Shown here: positions 46,513 to 50,030 of the stretch, in pieces | How the letters are laid out: every line of letters starts with the position of its first letter | How positions within the stretch are numbered: position 1 is the first letter of the stretch | From: a virus | Lineage: Duplodnaviria; Caudoviricetes | DNA length: 50,030 bases | Reading direction: 5' to 3' (one strand) | Virus record (IMG/VR): IMGVR_UViG_3300030329_004005 | Span: 1-50,030 of that record | Notes under the pieces: model-generated | Told to the model about the DNA's origin: nothing | The model's database searches: none | What the model saw: only the letters and a program-made list of their open reading frames with translations | Program-made: the position numbers and the translations under genes

Positions 46513-47272
46513 TACCGTCTATTATCTCTCCCCATACTGATGTTTTACCATCAAATATTTCTACTACTTCTACTTTAAATTGCTCATTGTCAAACCAATC
46601 AACAATAGCAAATGCATGAACCCAATTATGTAACCTACCTTTAAGCCACTTATTGTTTTCATGAGACATATCTTTTAAACATCCTAAAGACCAAGCTCCA
46701 ATAGTTCCGCCTAACTTAGTCTGCGTATGTCTTTGAACATCGTGAGTATGTCCATAAATCACGTTCTCCCCATATGTTTCAAGATGCTTTTTAGCATGAT
46801 ACATAGTTGCAAATGCACCATGGAAAAAAGTAAGCTTTCCAACTTGTATAGGAAGATTATATTCACTATACTTGTATCCTCTTTCTTTTATTTTACACGC
46901 TTTATAAAAAGAGTGATCAACCATATAAGGATACTTAGTAACAAAATTATCCAACCAGAGATCATGGTTACCTTGTAATAGATACTTTTCTTTACATCCC
47001 ACTTCTTTAAGGACTTCATCCCAAACATCTAATCCCTCGTTTACTAATTTTATATCTTCATTGATTAACGGTAATTGGTATTCTAATGGTGGTAATTTTT
47101 TATCTTTATACCTCCATGCTGATACTGATTCCCATTCACCAACATCTCCTAAATTTACAAATACATTAGGTTTTACTTTCTTAATTGCTTTAATTACACA
47201 ATTAACTGCAGCTTTATCCTCCAACGGATAATGCTGGTCTGGTATTATGATACCACGTTTTTTTACTTTCAT
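46505..47272 (-). CDS. Calcineurin-like metallophosphoesterase
   Basis: PDQH, LGD, GNHD, FHG and GHTH motifs. Confidence 0.88.
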   Translation of the reverse strand: MKVKKRGIIIPDQHYPLEDKAAVNCVIKAIKKVKPNVFVNLGDVGEWESVSAWRYKDKKLPPLEYQLPLINEDIKLVNEGLDVWDEVLKEVGCKEKYLLQGNHDLWLDNFVTKYPYMVDHSFYKACKIKERGYKYSEYNLPIQVGKLTFFHGAFATMYHAKKHLETYGENVIYGHTHDVQRHTQTKLGGTIGAWSLGCLKDMSHENNKWLKGRLHNWVHAFAIVDWFDNEQFKVEVVEIFDGKTSVWGEIIDGNE

Positions 47273-47280
47273 AAACCTCC

Positions 47281-47652
47281 CTAAGCTGATCTTTTAACTT
47301 TTTCTAGGCTGCGCATTCCCCCAAGCCCCAGCATACCAAAAAGTACGGTGGTTAGAGTGCCCATGTCAAACACAGGCAACTCTACTGGATTCCCACTAGC
47401 ATAGAATATAAAGGTTAATAAAGGCTGTATGATAAAGTGATATGCAAGTGCTGTGGAACAAACCCATCCTGTGAAAGGTCTCCAACCACTTACGAACTTG
47501 GACGTATGTCCTGCTTCTACTTTATTAACTTCGAGTTGAGCTTTGTTGATTTCATTAATCATCATAGCTTTCTCTTCTTTATCTAAGGTAAATCTATCAA
47601 CATTGTCTGATACTTTGTCAATTATTTTACCAACTATGTCTAATTTAGGCAT
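47281..47652 (-). CDS. Holin (3TM / GTA-holin-like)
   Basis: FVSGWRPFTGWVC...LFGMLGLGGMRSLEK signature; likely start MPKLD at 47652. Confidence 0.78.
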   Translation of the reverse strand: MPKLDIVGKIIDKVSDNVDRFTLDKEEKAMMINEINKAQLEVNKVEAGHTSKFVSGWRPFTGWVCSTALAYHFIIQPLLTFIFYASGNPVELPVFDMGTLTTVLFGMLGLGGMRSLEKVKRSA

Positions 47653-47851
47653 CTTTACATTCCTTGTCGCAATCGTCAATTCCTTGTAAATATCCTTGTT
47701 TTCCAACAATCATTGATTTAACTTCTGACAATTTCATTTGTGAATCTTGTATAAGTTTCACAAGGTCATTATGTTGTTCTATTAAAAGATCTAGCTCTTT
47801 CATAGCTTTCTCTTTTAGATCTGGATTTACGTTTACTTCCTTTTTTGCCAT
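47645..47851 (-). CDS. Small coiled-coil protein
   Basis: 68 aa, GGAGG SD. Confidence 0.65.
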   Translation of the reverse strand: MAKKEVNVNPDLKEKAMKELDLLIEQHNDLVKLIQDSQMKLSEVKSMIVGKQGYLQGIDDCDKECKDA

Positions 47852-47875
47852 TTGGCCTCCTGGTTATGATTTAAC

Positions 47876-47983
47876 TTATCGAACATCACTGTTCTTTTTT
47901 CGGTATCCACGAATTTTCTTTTCAAGATTCTTTAATCTTTTTCGAATCTTACTTTTCATTTTACCAAAACGTTTGTATCCCAT
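47876..47983 (-). CDS. 35-aa highly basic peptide
   Basis: MGYKRFGKMKSKIRKRLKNLEKKIRGYRKKNSDVR; fills the gap. Confidence 0.45.
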   Translation of the reverse strand: MGYKRFGKMKSKIRKRLKNLEKKIRGYRKKNSDVR

Positions 47984-47988
47984 GTATT

Positions 47989-48459
47989 CTATCTACCCTT
48001 TAGTTTTGTTCTATTAGGTAGTGCTTTTTTACGTCTAGCAGATTGCTTTTTAGCAGTTGCTCTATTTTTTTTCCAAGCAGATTTAATCCAACCTCCTATG
48101 CCTTTGCCTTTTTTAGCTGGCTTAGCTTTTGTTTTAGGTTTCTTCAATGCAGTAGAATATGATCTACCATTGATTTTAACTGTTTTCTTTCCTGCTTTTC
48201 TAGCTGCTGCGATCTTAGACTTAGTTGATTTAGCTCCTTTAGAACCTTTAGCGTATACTGGATAAGTACCACCTTTGGTCTTTTTCAATGCTTTAACATC
48301 TTTTTTACGAGTTATTTTTCTTCCAGTCTTCTTCTTTCTATCCGCTCTATTCGTCTGTCTTATAGACTTTTTTAAGGCTCTTTTCTTTTTTCTAGCCATT
48401 TTCTTTTTTTTCTTAGGTCTCCCTACTTTACTTCCATATGTGCCTGCTCCTTTTGGCAT
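47989..48459 (-). CDS. Extremely basic protamine/H1-like protein
   Basis: 156 aa, Lys/Arg-dominated with almost no acidic residues; GGGAG SD. Confidence 0.7.
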   Translation of the reverse strand: MPKGAGTYGSKVGRPKKKKKMARKKKRALKKSIRQTNRADRKKKTGRKITRKKDVKALKKTKGGTYPVYAKGSKGAKSTKSKIAAARKAGKKTVKINGRSYSTALKKPKTKAKPAKKGKGIGGWIKSAWKKNRATAKKQSARRKKALPNRTKLKGR

Positions 48460-48460
48460 C

Positions 48461-48592
48461 TTATGCTCCCTTCTTTTTGTTGCACTTGCATTTAGGTAAG
48501 TATTTACCTAACTTGTCCATATAACCATAGTGACATATTGACCAATACATCATGTTACCCATGATTAATCCTATTAAAAATTTTAACATCAT
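48461..48592 (-). CDS. Small membrane-anchored protein (43 aa)
   Basis: MMLKFLIGLIMGNMMYWSICHYGYMDKLGKYLPKCKCNKKKGA; AAGGAG SD; ATGA overlap. Confidence 0.55.
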   Translation of the reverse strand: MMLKFLIGLIMGNMMYWSICHYGYMDKLGKYLPKCKCNKKKGA

Positions 48593-48810
48593 TTCTCCTT
48601 TTTTTTATTTTGGGATTTAAATCCTTGGGCTCTTGATCTTGCTGCCCCTTTTTTAATATTGGATTTAGCCCATTTTTTAAATTTTGATACATTAGCTTTT
48701 CTATTTTTTTTCAGCTGTTTCAAAATTGCCTTATGATTTTTTTGTCTTCTTCTCACACTACTTGGATTAAACCAGTTCGAAGGTGAATAGTCACTATATT
48801 TATCTGCCAT
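48589..48810 (-). CDS. Basic hypothetical protein
   Basis: 73 aa, K/R-rich, AGGAG SD. Confidence 0.65.
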   Translation of the reverse strand: MADKYSDYSPSNWFNPSSVRRRQKNHKAILKQLKKNRKANVSKFKKWAKSNIKKGAARSRAQGFKSQNKKKEK

Positions 48811-48821
48811 TTTACTTTCTC

Positions 48822-49895
48822 CTAGTATATCAACCAGTTAAAACCAGTAGTTGCTTCATAGCTTTTGATATCATACATGTTAATATAACGACTTTGGATG
48901 AAAATTCCAAGCTTTTTATTTAATTTCCATCCTAATACTAAACCTGCATCATAGTCCATTCCATACTTAGCAGAATCATAATTAAATGAATAATCTGACA
49001 TTCCTTTATTATAAGGATATGCAGTAGCCCACATATGAATCCAACTGTTCTCTAGGTATTTATAATAATCCATTCCTATGGATAATGCTAATTCATGTTG
49101 ATATCCAAGATTACGAGCATACTCTTCATTGTAATCATCTACTATATCACCATATACTTCAGTATAGAATTGTTCATCGGTAGTAGCTACAAGATTTCCT
49201 TCAGCATCCCACCATAAATAATCGTAATACTGATAACCATATTGAGTATATTGCAACTCCCAGCTATCTGTATATCCTTTATCGTAAGCAAATAACCAAA
49301 AGGGGATATACTCACTAATGTCTATACCTTGTTCATCCCACCATAAATCAATAGGTAGGAAGTCTAAATATGCTGGATGTGATCTAGCTGCGATACCCAT
49401 AGATAAATCTAAATTACCTAAATTTTTTCTATATCTCATATCTATTGCAGCAAACTCTAAGTCTTCTAATCCCATTGCATCATAGTTAGCTTTAAATATA
49501 AATTTAGGTGCTAAATATCGTAACATATATTCATGGTTATCAAATTCTTCACCAAATTGTTTATGTTGAGAGTATTCTAATATATATTCCCAACCTTGTG
49601 CCATACCATTACCAATCATAACACTTTCATTGATAGGAGCTTCTTTCCCTGTATACCATACTTCAGGTTTATTCTCATAATCAAATCGTGCTAACTTTCT
49701 AATACCTAAAGTTAAAGAACCGTGATCTTCTAATTCTTCCTGTATTTCTTGTAAAGCACCATTACTTACTTGATAGGTTTGATCTTTTGTTAAAGGACTT
49801 GTTAAATTATATGCTCCATAAATAGTGCTAAACTTAAAAAAGTCTTGAGCACTCAAAGAGCACATTAACATTAATCCTACTAATAGTTTTTTCAT
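48822..49895 (-). CDS. Secreted, probable outer-membrane beta-barrel protein
   Basis: Sec signal MKKLLVGLMLMCSLSA-Q, alternating aromatic beta strands, C-terminal TGFNWLIY. Confidence 0.6.
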   Translation of the reverse strand: MKKLLVGLMLMCSLSAQDFFKFSTIYGAYNLTSPLTKDQTYQVSNGALQEIQEELEDHGSLTLGIRKLARFDYENKPEVWYTGKEAPINESVMIGNGMAQGWEYILEYSQHKQFGEEFDNHEYMLRYLAPKFIFKANYDAMGLEDLEFAAIDMRYRKNLGNLDLSMGIAARSHPAYLDFLPIDLWWDEQGIDISEYIPFWLFAYDKGYTDSWELQYTQYGYQYYDYLWWDAEGNLVATTDEQFYTEVYGDIVDDYNEEYARNLGYQHELALSIGMDYYKYLENSWIHMWATAYPYNKGMSDYSFNYDSAKYGMDYDAGLVLGWKLNKKLGIFIQSRYINMYDIKSYEATTGFNWLIY

Positions 49896-50030
49896 TACTG
49901 AAACCTCCTTAACATTATTGCATCAATTTCTTCTTTTATTTCTTTTTTAATATCGTCTGCATTTAATGCAAATGATAATCCTGCTTCCCATCTTTTAATC
50001 TCTTTACCCTTTTCAAACATAATTATTGTA
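49895..50030 (-). CDS. Thioredoxin-fold protein (C-terminal part; start outside the window)
   Basis: TIIMFEKGKEIKRWEAG...EEIDAIMLRRFQ-stop resembles the thioredoxin C-terminal strands and helix; TAATG overlap. Confidence 0.55.
   Translation of the reverse strand, partial: TIIMFEKGKEIKRWEAGLSFALNADDIKKEIKEEIDAIMLRRFQ

Noticed and set aside
46505-47272. Metallophosphoesterase as an anti-CBASS nuclease
   Set aside because: It is a common phage family in a late/lysis context, and nothing in the sequence indicates its substrate.
29482-48499. Short + strand ORFs within the right arm
   Set aside because: They are antisense to long, coupled - strand genes and show no motifs or SD.
1-50030. Prophage or alternative genetic code
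   Set aside because: No integrase, att site or host genes were seen, and long ORFs are intact in the standard code with TAA, TAG and TGA all used as stops.

Overview
The window is most of a tailed dsDNA phage genome with podovirus-like organisation, low GC and probably a Gram-negative host. A + strand block (about 16.7-29.2 kb) holds AT-rich early genes and then a replication/recombination module (ssDNA annealing protein, SSB, primase-helicase, Holliday junction resolvase). No DNA polymerase or integrase is visible. Both flanks are - strand late genes that probably join outside the window. The left arm carries terminase, GroES, portal, scaffold, major capsid, adaptors and a tail fibre of more than 2132 aa that the ORF track missed. 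The right arm carries a thioredoxin-like gene, an outer-membrane-like protein, basic proteins, holin, a metallophosphoesterase, the tail nozzle, lysozyme, internal virion proteins and a 3788-aa giant protein. Three things stand out. (1) The early region has a complete, translationally coupled ubiquitin-like conjugation cassette: a Ubl ending in GG, an E2-like protein, a JAB/JAMM protease and an E1/ThiF enzyme. (2) The giant virion protein carries a DxDGD two-barrel RNA polymerase core plus YspA/SLOG-like and macro-like modules. (3) At least seven long-range stem-closed RNA elements punctuate the early region, and a multibranch element lies at the early/late divergence point. All protein calls come from motif recognition by eye; no database search was run.
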